From Aurantimicrobium sp. (GTDB lineage: Bacteria > Actinomycetota > Actinomycetes > Actinomycetales > Microbacteriaceae), in contig JAHEGZ010000007.1 of assembly GCA_024644865.1 (NCBI GenBank), positions 19,677 to 83,676 of the forward strand: a stretch of 64,000 nucleotides of DNA, given 5' to 3'. The position numbers and the translations under genes are program-made. Of this stretch, positions 7,810 through 16,469 are shown one piece after another (position 1 is the first letter of the stretch; every line of letters starts with the position of its first letter). Under the pieces are notes generated by a model. That model saw only the letters and a list, made by a program, of their open reading frames with translations. It did no database searches and had not been told where the DNA came from.

Positions 7810-9022
7810 CTTCGTCACCGGCGGCCTTATCTGCGTTCGGGCGGCCAAACTTGCTCTTGTATTTGGCGCGAATCTTGGCGACGCGACCCGGTGAGGCATC
7901 ACCAACACCGGTCAGGTACGCCGCCGAAAACTCAACATTTCCGATCTGGTTCACGAGCGCCCTGCGATACGTACTCTTTGCTGCGTTGGCCAATTCTTCA
8001 CGAGCAGAGTTGACGGCGTCAGTGAAACCTGCCTCGGCAACGTCGAGGGATGCCTGAATTGCTGGGATCTGAGATTGCGCCTGCGCCAAACGCATTTTGG
8101 AACGCAATTCGCGTTTTCTCGACTTTTCCAGAGCAAAAAGTAGTCGCGAATAGATGGTTTCGTGGGGGTTGTGGCGAGCCGCAGAAAGCAGAAGCCAGGT
8201 GCCCAAGCCAATCAGCATGAAGAAGTTTCCGAAGGTGAGCGAGTCGTGCAGAAAAGAAGGCATGTGCCGATCGAGCGCCTGAAAATAGTTCATTCGGAGA
8301 GAAGTGAGCACGAGGGCGAAGCCAATCCACACAACAAACAAGACGATTGCCTCAATCGCATTCACAATCTTGCGCGGGTGTTTGTGCATCATCAAACTGA
8401 TTCGACTGCCGATGAAGTGCGGAAACACGAGCTGGACACCCACTGTCGGGAGCGTGAAGATGATGGCTTCGACCATCTTGAACCCGTGAATCTTCAAGAA
8501 GGAGTTGTAGATGATGCCCAGGTCAACTCCGCCCACAATGACGAAAATCAGGTAAGGCATGGCCAGACGAAGTGCTCCGTTGAACAGTGACGTTTGCTCG
8601 GGTGGGGTGCCCTTCCAAATAAGTCCGTGTTTTCCGGGTTTGTCGCCCTTCAGAATTTCACGCTGCTCCTCGAGCTCATTCTCGCGAGCAGCGATGTCAT
8701 CCTCAATCGCCTTGTGCTCCTGAGCGGCGTCGATGATTTCGGCTTCGGCCTTGAGCAGGGCGTGGCGCTGCTGAAGAGCGGCACGCCGACCACGGTCGAG
8801 AAGTCGAACCTGCACGAGAGACAGTCGGTCATCAACTGCTCGTTCATAAGGCATCTGCTCGAGACCGTTCTCTGAGAAGAGGAACTCGTCGTAAGCGCCC
8901 GACATGCGGTCTTGATCTGCGGCAGTCGCGGAAGCCGCAAGCAGTTCGTTGTCATCAACTGAATTTGCCAATTCAGGCATTGCGAGCGGACCATAGGTTT
9001 TGTCACGCCTATTGCGAGCCAT
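7802..9022 (-). CDS. 4-TM membrane protein with N- and C-terminal coiled-coil regions (hypothetical)
   Basis: 406 aa. A charged heptad-like stretch lies around residues 70-125 (RRAALQQRHALLKAEAEIIDAAQEHKAIEDDIAARENELEEQREIL). Four hydrophobic helices span roughly residues 150-285. A second helical, charged region follows (EKSRKRELRSKMRLAQAQSQIPAIQASLDVAEAG...). The start ATG shares one nucleotide with the upstream stop (TAATG). Confidence 0.6.
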   Translation of the reverse strand: MARNRRDKTYGPLAMPELANSVDDNELLAASATAADQDRMSGAYDEFLFSENGLEQMPYERAVDDRLSLVQVRLLDRGRRAALQQRHALLKAEAEIIDAAQEHKAIEDDIAARENELEEQREILKGDKPGKHGLIWKGTPPEQTSLFNGALRLAMPYLIFVIVGGVDLGIIYNSFLKIHGFKMVEAIIFTLPTVGVQLVFPHFIGSRISLMMHKHPRKIVNAIEAIVLFVVWIGFALVLTSLRMNYFQALDRHMPSFLHDSLTFGNFFMLIGLGTWLLLSAARHNPHETIYSRLLFALEKSRKRELRSKMRLAQAQSQIPAIQASLDVAEAGFTDAVNSAREELANAAKSTYRRALVNQIGNVEFSAAYLTGVGDASPGRVAKIRAKYKSKFGRPNADKAAGDEDA

Positions 9023-9636
9023 TATTTGCGCACCTTTCGAACGAGCGGCGGATCATCGTGGTCGAATCCTTCGACTTCAACGAGGGGAATCGACTCCATG
9101 GCAGGAATCTCGGCCTGAACCGAAGAGACGTCTCGCACACCAGCGTTCGCTCGCGCCCGAGTGTAAATAGCAGCAATTTGCGAGTAATAGCGAACCCATG
9201 TTTCCAGCGCCTGCTCTGCAATTTGAATCGTTCCTCGGCCCTTCGTAACGTTCGCACGCCACTGGGCTTCGAGATTTGATACCTGAGCTTCGAGGCGCCC
9301 CAAACGCAGACCGTTCTGGTGCTGAACGCGAGGTGACGTGCTCCGGTCATTGGCCAGAAGTTCGATTTCTTCAGTTGCCTTGCGGAGCCCGACAAGGATT
9401 CGCTCGTTGCCGGTTTGATCAGGCCCTACTTGATTGATCAACCACGCATTGACATTGTGCTGTCCTCGCTGTGCCTCACTTGCGGCCCGAATAAGCGAGT
9501 GAGTGGCTGTCACGTCGAGAAGGGCCCCGTATTTTCTAGCGTCAGCTTTGCCTAATCTCACCCATTTTTGGGCCTTATAAGTACTCACTTCATTGGGCGC
9601 GGCAGGCGGCGCGCTTGAGTCTTTACGACGAGCCAA
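9022..9636 (-). CDS. hypothetical soluble helical protein (204 aa)
   Basis: The ORF track begins at GTG 9672. However, TTG 9636 is preceded by AAAGGGGGGA with a 5-nt spacer, so I prefer it as the start. No TM segment. Helical or coiled stretch: LRLGRLEAQVSNLEAQWRANV. No recognisable family. Confidence 0.5.
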   Translation of the reverse strand: MARRKDSSAPPAAPNEVSTYKAQKWVRLGKADARKYGALLDVTATHSLIRAASEAQRGQHNVNAWLINQVGPDQTGNERILVGLRKATEEIELLANDRSTSPRVQHQNGLRLGRLEAQVSNLEAQWRANVTKGRGTIQIAEQALETWVRYYSQIAAIYTRARANAGVRDVSSVQAEIPAMESIPLVEVEGFDHDDPPLVRKVRK

Positions 9637-9792
9637 AGTAATCCCCCCTTTATTGCAGGGCACTAAGCCCACCTGTAACTCGAAGTGTGGCGTGTGCGAC
9701 TGACAACGAGAGCAGAATTTCAGGTTATCCCAAATATGCCCCCACGCCTATTGGGGCGCAGCTGCAACAACGCGTAGTGATTACGCGAATAA

Positions 9793-10710
9793 CTAAGCGA
9801 GTTCGACGGTGCCCGTGTAAACGAGCGCCGCGGGACCAGAGAGCGCGACGTGTTCACCCTCTTCGGTGGGGAACATTCGCACCGCAAGAGTGCCCCCAGG
9901 AACATCCACGCGCCAATGATTGGGAGCGCCCGCACCGGCCCAGTGCCGAGTTGCCAGGGCTGCAGCGACCACGCCCGTGCCACAGCTCAGCGTCTCGCCA
10001 CTGCCGCGCTCGTGCACGCGCATGCGGATGTGGCCGACGCCGTCGGTAACCAGCGGATCGCTTGGTACGACGAGTTCAATATTCGCGCCCTCGGGAGCAA
10101 CGGGATCAAGCTGCGGAATCACGGTCAGGTCTGCGTTCTCAAGTTCGTTGGCGTCGCTGAGGGCGATGACCACGTGCGGGTTACCCACGTTGATACCCAA
10201 CCCGGGGCGGGCAACCGAAACGTTCTTGACGCGAACAAGGGGATCGAAGTCGTCGAACTTCCAGCGGCCCATGTCGACCTGAAATCCGGATGCATTCTGT
10301 TGAACATCCCGAACGCCGGCACGCGTACCGATGGCCAGGGTTTCGCCTTGGCCCAGGCTGGCCAAACCGCTCTCGAGCAAGAATTTGGCGAAGACGCGTA
10401 CGCCGTTGCCGCACATTTCGCTGACGCTGCCATCAGCGTTGTAGTAGTCCATGAACCACTCGGCCGCAGGTTCTTCAGTCAGAGCCCGGGCACCAGCACC
10501 ATCAGCCACGACGACACCCTTGGCGTCGCGACGGTTGAGCCTGCTCGAGCGAACCGCACGAATGATGCCGTCTGCACCCACACCAAAGTGTCGGTCGGCG
10601 AGTGCTGCCATCTGGTCGGCAGTCAGCACAATCTCACCCTCAGGGTCTGCGAACAGCAAGAAGTCGTTGCCGGTGCCGTGACCCTTGGTGAAGTGCAGTG
10701 AGAGTGCCAT
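9793..10710 (-). CDS. dapF: diaminopimelate epimerase
   Basis: [25 protein letters not shown]..., [10 protein letters not shown] and [13 protein letters not shown] contain the two catalytic Cys motifs of DapF. Confidence 0.95.
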   Translation of the reverse strand: MALSLHFTKGHGTGNDFLLFADPEGEIVLTADQMAALADRHFGVGADGIIRAVRSSRLNRRDAKGVVVADGAGARALTEEPAAEWFMDYYNADGSVSEMCGNGVRVFAKFLLESGLASLGQGETLAIGTRAGVRDVQQNASGFQVDMGRWKFDDFDPLVRVKNVSVARPGLGINVGNPHVVIALSDANELENADLTVIPQLDPVAPEGANIELVVPSDPLVTDGVGHIRMRVHERGSGETLSCGTGVVAAALATRHWAGAGAPNHWRVDVPGGTLAVRMFPTEEGEHVALSGPAALVYTGTVELA

Positions 10711-10725
10711 GTCTCAAGCCTATTG

Positions 10726-10829
10726 CTTTGATTTCGCAGGTCGGCTGTCACATGGCCCGGGGTTCGGCGGGCATTGTGGGCGAGGCCATGTGGGCGGGGC
10801 CATGTGGGCACCGGCCGAAGAAATCAAAG
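10726..10829. repeat. nested inverted repeats plus a 14-bp tandem direct repeat in the miaA-dapF spacer
   Basis: CTTTGATTTC (10726-10735) pairs with GAAATCAAAG (10820-10829), which overlaps the miaA stop. CACATGGCCC (10749-10758) pairs with GGGCCATGTG (10797-10806), or in 9 of 10 positions with GGCCATGTG (10784-10792). GGCCATGTGGGC is repeated at 10784-10795 and 10798-10809. Confidence 0.6.
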
Positions 10830-11732
10830 ATTGTGCAGGGACGTGGCACCCGCCGGCAACCACGTGATGTCGGCGTAGCGCTTGAACCAGCTCACCTGGC
10901 GGCGTGCGTATCGACGCGTCAACGCCTGGGTTTCAGCGATGGCCTCAGCCTCGGTTTGAGTTCCTGCCAGCTGTGCAAGAGCCTGTGCGTATCCGATTGC
11001 TCGGCGAGCGGTTACCCCGCGTTCAATGCCTGCCGGGATGAGCCCGCGCACCTCCTCGAGCAAGCCGTCGGCCCACATGCGCTCTACCCGGCGGTCGAGG
11101 CGCTCAACGAGCGCGTCACGGGCGTCTGTGAGGCCGTAGATGGCACTCTCGCGCCAGTAAACGGGTTCTTCGGGCAGTGTTCCCAGTGCGGCCGTGTCGC
11201 CCGTCATTTCGATGACCTCGAGGGCACGCAACACTCGTCGAGAATTCTGCGAATCGATGCGCGCGGCCGCCTCAGGGGCGAGTTCCTTCAAGCGGGCAAA
11301 CATGAGTCCAGGGCCCTGTTCGGCAAGTTCTGACTCAAGTCGCTCGCGAACGGCATCATCGTGACCCGGAAACTCGAAATCAAACAGCACGCTCGAGACA
11401 TAGAGACCCGACCCTCCGACCAAGATGGGCGTCGCTCTGCGAGCAATGATGTCGTCGATGACTGCGCGCGCCTGCACCTGGTAGGCCGCGACCGAGGCCT
11501 CCTCGGTGACATCGAGAACATCCAGCATGTGGTGCGGCACACCAGCGCGTTCGGCAATCGAGAGCTTGGCGGTGCCGATGTCCATGCCCCGATACAGCTG
11601 CATCGCGTCGGCGTTGACGATTTCGGAAGCACCACCCTCATCCTGGATGCGCCGCGCCACCTCCAGCGACAACTGCGACTTGCCCGTGCCGGTGGCCCCG
11701 ACAATGGCAATCAGCGGATTACCGCTCGCCAT
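10824..11732 (-). CDS. miaA: tRNA dimethylallyltransferase
   Basis: [20 protein letters not shown]-loop, followed by the MiaA-typical PHHMLDV and ILVGGSGLY motifs. Confidence 0.95.
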   Translation of the reverse strand: MASGNPLIAIVGATGTGKSQLSLEVARRIQDEGGASEIVNADAMQLYRGMDIGTAKLSIAERAGVPHHMLDVLDVTEEASVAAYQVQARAVIDDIIARRATPILVGGSGLYVSSVLFDFEFPGHDDAVRERLESELAEQGPGLMFARLKELAPEAAARIDSQNSRRVLRALEVIEMTGDTAALGTLPEEPVYWRESAIYGLTDARDALVERLDRRVERMWADGLLEEVRGLIPAGIERGVTARRAIGYAQALAQLAGTQTEAEAIAETQALTRRYARRQVSWFKRYADITWLPAGATSLHNL

Positions 11733-13368
11733 CGTTCACGTCGTAGATCGGCGTCGTGGCAGCGCGCAAGCTCGGCAGTCCGAGGTTGGTTGCGCCCGCA
11801 CGAGCGGAACCGCCAACACCCGTTCCCGCACCGCCCACAGTCGGAACACCGCAGGATTCAGCCTCTGCCCGATCCCAGGCGTCGCCGGCAATAGTGCGAC
11901 GCACCTTGAGTGGTGAGCCATCGACTGAGTCGGCAACCAGGTGGAACGAGGCGGCGTCGGTAACCGTGACCGTGACCAGGTCGCCAGGGCGGGGAATCTC
12001 ACTGCCCTCGGGCACGTCAAAGTGCACCAGGCGCGAGTCACGGGCGCGACCGCTCATGCGGTGGCGGGCGGCATCTTTGCGGCCTTCGCCATTGGCAACA
12101 AGCACCTCAACCTCGCGGCCGATCTGTGCCTGATTTTCTTCCAGGCAGATTTGGTTTTGCAGAGCGACCAGTCGCTCAAAACGCTCCTGAACAACCTCTT
12201 TGGGAATCTGGTCATCCATCTCGGCCGCCGGGGTTCCCGGGCGCTTGGAGTACTGGAACGTGAACGCAGTAGCAAAGCGAGCCTCGCGAACGACGCGCAG
12301 GGTCTCTTCGAAGTCATCCTCGGTCTCGCCGGGGAATCCCACAATGATGTCAGTGCTGATCGCCGCATCAGGGATGGCTGCCCGAACTCGCTCGAGAATG
12401 CCCAAGAACTTCTCGCTGCGGTACGATCGCCGCATTGCCTTGAGAATGCGGTCGGAACCCGACTGCAACGGCATGTGCAGCTGTGGCATGACCGCGGGGG
12501 TCTCGGCCATGGCTGCGATGACATCGTCGGTGAAGGCCGCCGGGTGGGGGCTGGTGAAACGGATGCGCTCAATGCCGTCGATCGCCCCGGCCGCGCGCAG
12601 AAGTTTGCCGAACGCCTCGCGGTCGCCGAACTCGACGCCGTAGGTGTTGACGTTCTGCCCGAGCAGGGTGACCTCGATTGCGCCGTCGGCGACAAGAGCT
12701 TCAACCTCGCGAAGCACGTCGCCGGGTCGACGATCCATCTCTTTTCCACGCAGGGCGGGGACGATGCAGAACGTGCAGGTGTTGTTGCAACCGACCGAAA
12801 TCGAGACCCACCCGCTATAGGTCGAATCGCGCTTTGTGGGCAGAGTCGAGGGGAATGTCTCGAGAGATTCGAGAATCTCAATCTCAGCCTCTTCGTTGTG
12901 ACGTGCCCGCTCGAGCAGGCCGGGCAGTGCGCCCATGTTGTGTGTTCCAAAGACCACATCAACCCACGGGGCCTTCTTGAGAATGACCTCTTTGTCTTTT
13001 TGGGCGAGGCATCCGCCCACGGCAATCTGCATGCCCTCTTGCCCGCGCTTGACCGAAGCGAGGTGCCCAAGCGTTCCGTAGAGGCGGTTATCAGCGTTCT
13101 CGCGCACGGCGCAGGTGTTCAGAACAACAACATCTGGATGCTCTTCAGCGACGTCGACCGCGTCGGGATCCAGCTCGAGGGCAGAGGCTGCAGCCCGCTC
13201 GAACTTGATGTAACCCGCGGCCTCCATGGCACCGGCCAGGCGCTCAGAGTCGTGCACGTTCATCTGGCAGCCGAACGTGCGCACCTCATAGGTGCGCTGG
13301 CGACCTGATTCGTCGTGCGCTACATCACTCGGAGCGATGAAAGTGGGCTGCTCAGTTGTGCGGGTCAT
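11719..13368 (-). CDS. miaB: tRNA-2-methylthio-N6-dimethylallyladenosine synthase (radical SAM)
   Basis: [12 protein letters not shown] and LNTCAVRE (UPF0004 Cys residues), [12 protein letters not shown] (radical-SAM CxxxCxxC), and a C-terminal TRAM region. Confidence 0.95.
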   Translation of the reverse strand: MTRTTEQPTFIAPSDVAHDESGRQRTYEVRTFGCQMNVHDSERLAGAMEAAGYIKFERAAASALELDPDAVDVAEEHPDVVVLNTCAVRENADNRLYGTLGHLASVKRGQEGMQIAVGGCLAQKDKEVILKKAPWVDVVFGTHNMGALPGLLERARHNEEAEIEILESLETFPSTLPTKRDSTYSGWVSISVGCNNTCTFCIVPALRGKEMDRRPGDVLREVEALVADGAIEVTLLGQNVNTYGVEFGDREAFGKLLRAAGAIDGIERIRFTSPHPAAFTDDVIAAMAETPAVMPQLHMPLQSGSDRILKAMRRSYRSEKFLGILERVRAAIPDAAISTDIIVGFPGETEDDFEETLRVVREARFATAFTFQYSKRPGTPAAEMDDQIPKEVVQERFERLVALQNQICLEENQAQIGREVEVLVANGEGRKDAARHRMSGRARDSRLVHFDVPEGSEIPRPGDLVTVTVTDAASFHLVADSVDGSPLKVRRTIAGDAWDRAEAESCGVPTVGGAGTGVGGSARAGATNLGLPSLRAATTPIYDVNDGER

Positions 13369-13380
13369 AACCCCACAAGT

Positions 13381-13683
13381 TTACGCGTCGGTGGCAGGGT
13401 CTTTAGGTGTCGCGCCTGCTGCATCGGCAGCGGCCTGCTTTGCTTTGTCGGCCTTTTCAGCGGCCGGGCTCAGGTAGGTCTGGTAAAGCCCGTACAGGGC
13501 AACAATGATGCCGATGTAGAGGCAGAAATACCCGACTAACAGGAACGGCATCTGAATCGGACCAGGAACGGCGTAACCAATTCCTCCGACGACGAAGGCG
13601 AGCCCCAACAAAATAACGGTCGCGGTGATGAACTTTTTAGCTCGCGGTGAACGGGGGGTGCGCGGGGGGCGGGTTGAAGCCAT
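13381..13683 (-). CDS. small 2-TM membrane protein (hypothetical)
   Basis: 100 aa with two hydrophobic helices (FITATVILLGLAFVVGGIGYAV, PFLLVGYFCLYIGIIVALYGL). It lies between recX and miaB with tight spacing. Confidence 0.6.
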   Translation of the reverse strand: MASTRPPRTPRSPRAKKFITATVILLGLAFVVGGIGYAVPGPIQMPFLLVGYFCLYIGIIVALYGLYQTYLSPAAEKADKAKQAAADAAGATPKDPATDA

Positions 13684-13687
13684 GCGG

Positions 13688-14314
13688 CTAGCCTACTGGC
13701 GGGTACTCGCTGAATGCGGCGTGAATCGCCTCACGAACGACACCGCTGGGGTACCCGCGACGCGAGAGAAAACCGTGCAATCGGCGCTCAGCCGTTACCC
13801 GGTCAAAACGCTGCACTGACGGGGCACGCTTCAGCGCCTGGTCGATGGCGCGGTTGAGTTCGTCGCCTTGGTCGATGTTGGCCAATGCCTCATCGATGGC
13901 TGACTGCCCGAGATTTCGTTTGCGCAATTCGAGAGCGATCGCGCTTCGACCCTGACCCTTACGAAGAACTAGTCGACCCACTACCTGCTCAGCCAAGCGA
14001 AAGTCGTCAACATAGCCGAGGTGCTCGACCTTGCCCAGAATCTCGTCAACGGCGTTCTCGTCGAGGTCGCGCTCACGCAACCACAAGCGAACCTCGTGAG
14101 CCGACATGTCGGCCATGGCAAGCTTGCGCAGCAACGACTCATAAACCTCGTCAGGGCTTGCCGCCGCGAGTTCCGACGAGCGTTCAGACTCGCCTTCAGC
14201 CGCGAGCTCCACCTCAGGCTCCGCTGTCTTGAACACAGGACCTGCCGTGGGCTCCTCAGAAGGAACCCACGGCAGGTATGTGACGTTAGACATTCGCTTT
14301 GCGACCTGAGTCAC
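13688..14314 (-). CDS. recX: recombination regulator RecX
   Basis: Immediately downstream of recA. Helical repeat region with RecX-typical segments (RSAIALELRKRNLGQSAIDEAL, ERRLHGFLSRRGYPSGVVREAI). Confidence 0.9.
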   Translation of the reverse strand: MTQVAKRMSNVTYLPWVPSEEPTAGPVFKTAEPEVELAAEGESERSSELAAASPDEVYESLLRKLAMADMSAHEVRLWLRERDLDENAVDEILGKVEHLGYVDDFRLAEQVVGRLVLRKGQGRSAIALELRKRNLGQSAIDEALANIDQGDELNRAIDQALKRAPSVQRFDRVTAERRLHGFLSRRGYPSGVVREAIHAAFSEYPPVG

Positions 14315-14334
14315 CCGTGAGTCGGAAAACCGAC

Positions 14335-15417
14335 CTAGGAAGCGACCGCGTCGGACTCGGTTGCCAGTGCGGGCGGCGCAAGGGGTGCCGTCGCCGGAGC
14401 AGCAACGGCCGGCTCTTCACCCTTGACTACACCGAGCTTGACGAGCAGCTTCTGTTCGATCTCAGCAGCGATGTCGGGGTTCTCGAGCAGGAAGTTACGC
14501 GAGTTCTCTTTGCCCTGACCGAGCTGCTCGGCTTCGTAGGTGTACCAGGCGCCAGACTTCTTGACGATTCCGTGGTCAACACCGTAGTCAATAAGGCTGC
14601 CCTCGCGCGAGATGCCGGTGCCGTACAGAATGTCGAACTCTGCCTGTTTGAAGGGTGGCGCCATCTTGTTCTTGACGACCTTGACGCGGGTGCGGTTACC
14701 GACAGCTTCAGTGCCGTCCTTGAGAGTCTCAATGCGACGAATGTCGAGACGAACCGAAGCGTAGAACTTGAGCGCCTTACCGCCAGCGGTGGTTTCGGGG
14801 CTACCGAAGAAGACACCGATCTTTTCGCGCAGCTGGTTGATGAAGATCATGGAGGTGTTGGTCTGGCTCAGTCCACCGGTGAGCTTGCGCAGAGCCTGTG
14901 ACATGAGGCGAGCCTGGAGGCCGACGTGTGCGTCACCCATTTCACCCTCGATTTCAGCGCGGGGAACTAGCGCGGCAACCGAGTCGATGACAATGAGGTC
15001 GATCGAACCCGAGCGAACGAGCATGTCGGCGATTTCGAGTGCCTGCTCACCCGTGTCGGGCTGAGAAACCAGAAGAGCATCAATGTCGACACCAAGTTTG
15101 CGAGCGTACTCGGGGTCGAGTGCGTGCTCTGCGTCAATGAAGGCAGCGATGCCGCCGGCGCGCTGCACGTTGGCGATGGCGTGCAGGGTGAGAGTGGTTT
15201 TACCCGAGGACTCTGGTCCGTAGATTTCGATGATGCGACCACGGGGAAGACCACCGATGCCCAGCGCCACATCGAGGGCGATTGAACCGGTGGGAATGAC
15301 CTCGACGGGAGCTCGTTCATCGCTACCGAGGCGCATAACTGAACCCTTACCGAACTGACGGTCGATCTGGGCGAGGGCTGTTTCTAGTGCTTTTTCGCGG
15401 TCAGCGGCTGATGCCAT
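14335..15417 (-). CDS. recA: recombinase RecA
   Basis: [16 protein letters not shown] (Walker A), [22 protein letters not shown], and full-length RecA-like sequence. Confidence 0.98.
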   Translation of the reverse strand: MASAADREKALETALAQIDRQFGKGSVMRLGSDERAPVEVIPTGSIALDVALGIGGLPRGRIIEIYGPESSGKTTLTLHAIANVQRAGGIAAFIDAEHALDPEYARKLGVDIDALLVSQPDTGEQALEIADMLVRSGSIDLIVIDSVAALVPRAEIEGEMGDAHVGLQARLMSQALRKLTGGLSQTNTSMIFINQLREKIGVFFGSPETTAGGKALKFYASVRLDIRRIETLKDGTEAVGNRTRVKVVKNKMAPPFKQAEFDILYGTGISREGSLIDYGVDHGIVKKSGAWYTYEAEQLGQGKENSRNFLLENPDIAAEIEQKLLVKLGVVKGEEPAVAAPATAPLAPPALATESDAVAS

Positions 15418-15678
15418 GGCCGGCTCCTTTTCTACTCGAGGTGGTGGTCGCCTATAGGCTGCCGGGCTGCTGCCTCGCTACCGGCCGGCCTGCCATCTCT
15501 TGAGAGGTGATCTCAAAAGATGTGGGGCGGGACGGGCGCTGTGCAGTGCTTCCGACAAGGCGGATGCTCCGGGTTGAACACGAGTAACCGTAGGTGGCGC
15601 CTCTGACGGTGAAGTCAGATTCGCCACGAACGAGGAAAGCTCGTGACAACTGGTGCATGTGTAGGAGGCTACACCTTT

Positions 15679-15694
15679 TCGAATATTTCTTCGA
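15679..15694. promoter_or_regulatory. candidate LexA (SOS) box in the recA upstream region
   Basis: TCGAATATTTCTTCGA matches the actinobacterial consensus TCGAAC-N4-GTTCGA at 14 of 16 positions. Both mismatches fall on the innermost half-site bases. It lies about 260 nt upstream of the recA ATG. Confidence 0.35.
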
Positions 15695-15718
15695 ATGCGA
15701 GAGTCGGCGTGTCGGAGG

Positions 15719-15976
15719 TTACTCAGGCCAATTCGAAGCGACGGGCGCATCGTCTTTTTTGGGCTCAGGCAGACCGACCCCGTGCCAGCGCGACTCAGGG
15801 ACTTCGGCGGCGCGACACAGTGCCAGCCACACGGTGCGCGCAGGAATCCCCGACTTCAGTGCGGCATGTGCCGTGCGCTCCCCCAGTTCGGCAATTACCA
15901 GATCGTCGACTACGACGCGACCGTATGCCTCGCCAAATTCAGTACTGACCGCGTACCAAAACTCACTGATACGCAT
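15719..15976 (-). CDS. DUF3046 domain protein
   Basis: MRISEFWYAVSTEFGEAYGRVVVDDLVIAELGERTAHAAL... This small protein is conserved directly upstream of recA in actinobacteria (the position of Rv2738c in M. tuberculosis). Confidence 0.8.
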   Translation of the reverse strand: MRISEFWYAVSTEFGEAYGRVVVDDLVIAELGERTAHAALKSGIPARTVWLALCRAAEVPESRWHGVGLPEPKKDDAPVASNWPE

Positions 15977-16015
15977 GACCGGACTCCGAGTGAGAAGGCG
16001 AAGCGAGCCTGGGGA

Positions 16016-16327
16016 CTACTTGCTGGCGCGCAGGTAGTCGGCGACGAATTCGTCGGGAACAGTGTCGGGGATGCGCGAAATGGGCTGCATTCCCTCGAGC
16101 GCACCGAGGCGATCAGCAACTTCGCCCATGATGACTGATATGGGAGTGTCAAGAGCGTCGGCTACGGCAGCGAGAATTTCGCTGGATGCCTCTTTCTGCC
16201 CTCGCTCGACCTCGCTGAGGTAGCCCAGTGCCACACTCGCCTTGCTGGCCACCTGACGAAGCGTGCGACCTTTTTGCAAGCGGAAGTCGCGGAGAACATC
16301 ACCAATTTCGTGACGAACGAGAATCAT
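16016..16327 (-). CDS. clgR: ClgR-like XRE-family transcriptional regulator
   Basis: MILVRHEIGDVLRDFRLQKGRTLRQVASKASVALGYLSEVERGQKEASSEILAAVADAL is an HTH_3 domain. Its position between cinA/pgsA and recA matches clgR (Rv2745c). The ATG at 16327 is preferred over the longer ORF. Confidence 0.75.
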   Translation of the reverse strand: MILVRHEIGDVLRDFRLQKGRTLRQVASKASVALGYLSEVERGQKEASSEILAAVADALDTPISVIMGEVADRLGALEGMQPISRIPDTVPDEFVADYLRASK

Positions 16328-16469
16328 AATTTCTCTTACCTTTCTTCCGATTGAGATGACTCTAGGGTATCGAGAGCCTCTGACACACACGGTAGCAACG
16401 TGTTTCTGTGCAAGTCGTGTGAGTCAGGGATGAAAACGCCATCTCCGCGTAAAAAATTCCGGTCCGTGG

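Noticed and set aside
5726-9022. Possible Zorya- or Mot/Tol-like stator pair: a 4-TM protein with a coiled-coil tail plus a protein with an OmpA-like PG-binding domain.
   Set aside because: The OmpA-like protein is a lipoprotein without the single TM helix and conserved Asp of MotB, ZorB or TolR. The 4-TM protein is much shorter than ZorA and has coiled coils on both ends. No ZorC/ZorD-like, helicase or nuclease genes are present. Only the general membrane-plus-wall-anchor logic is shared, so I do not call it Zorya.
9771-9787. Hairpin CGCGTA-gtgat-TACGCG just downstream of dapF as a terminator.
   Set aside because: The stem is only 6 bp and the following T-run is weak (TTGTTG). It is too weak to report as a feature.
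789-9792. Low GC content as proof of horizontal acquisition of the hflX-dapF block.
   Set aside because: My spot counts show low values mainly in TM-coding stretches (45-47% at 5281-5340 and 8281-8340). A permease line in the sugar locus (24361-24420) gives 47%, and recA gives 55%. Composition by eye cannot discriminate. Only the synteny argument is retained.
15452-15750. ORFs of 68 and 90 aa in the recA upstream region.
   Set aside because: Their composition is Arg/Ser/Pro-rich, they have no SD, and they overlap the DUF3046 stop region. They are more likely non-coding leader sequence.
16328-16469. Possible ClgR autoregulatory operator (ACGC-N7-GCGT at about 16438-16452) upstream of clgR.
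   Set aside because: The arms are only 4 bp, and the match to the published ClgR consensus as I remember it is poor. It is not supportable without a matrix scan.
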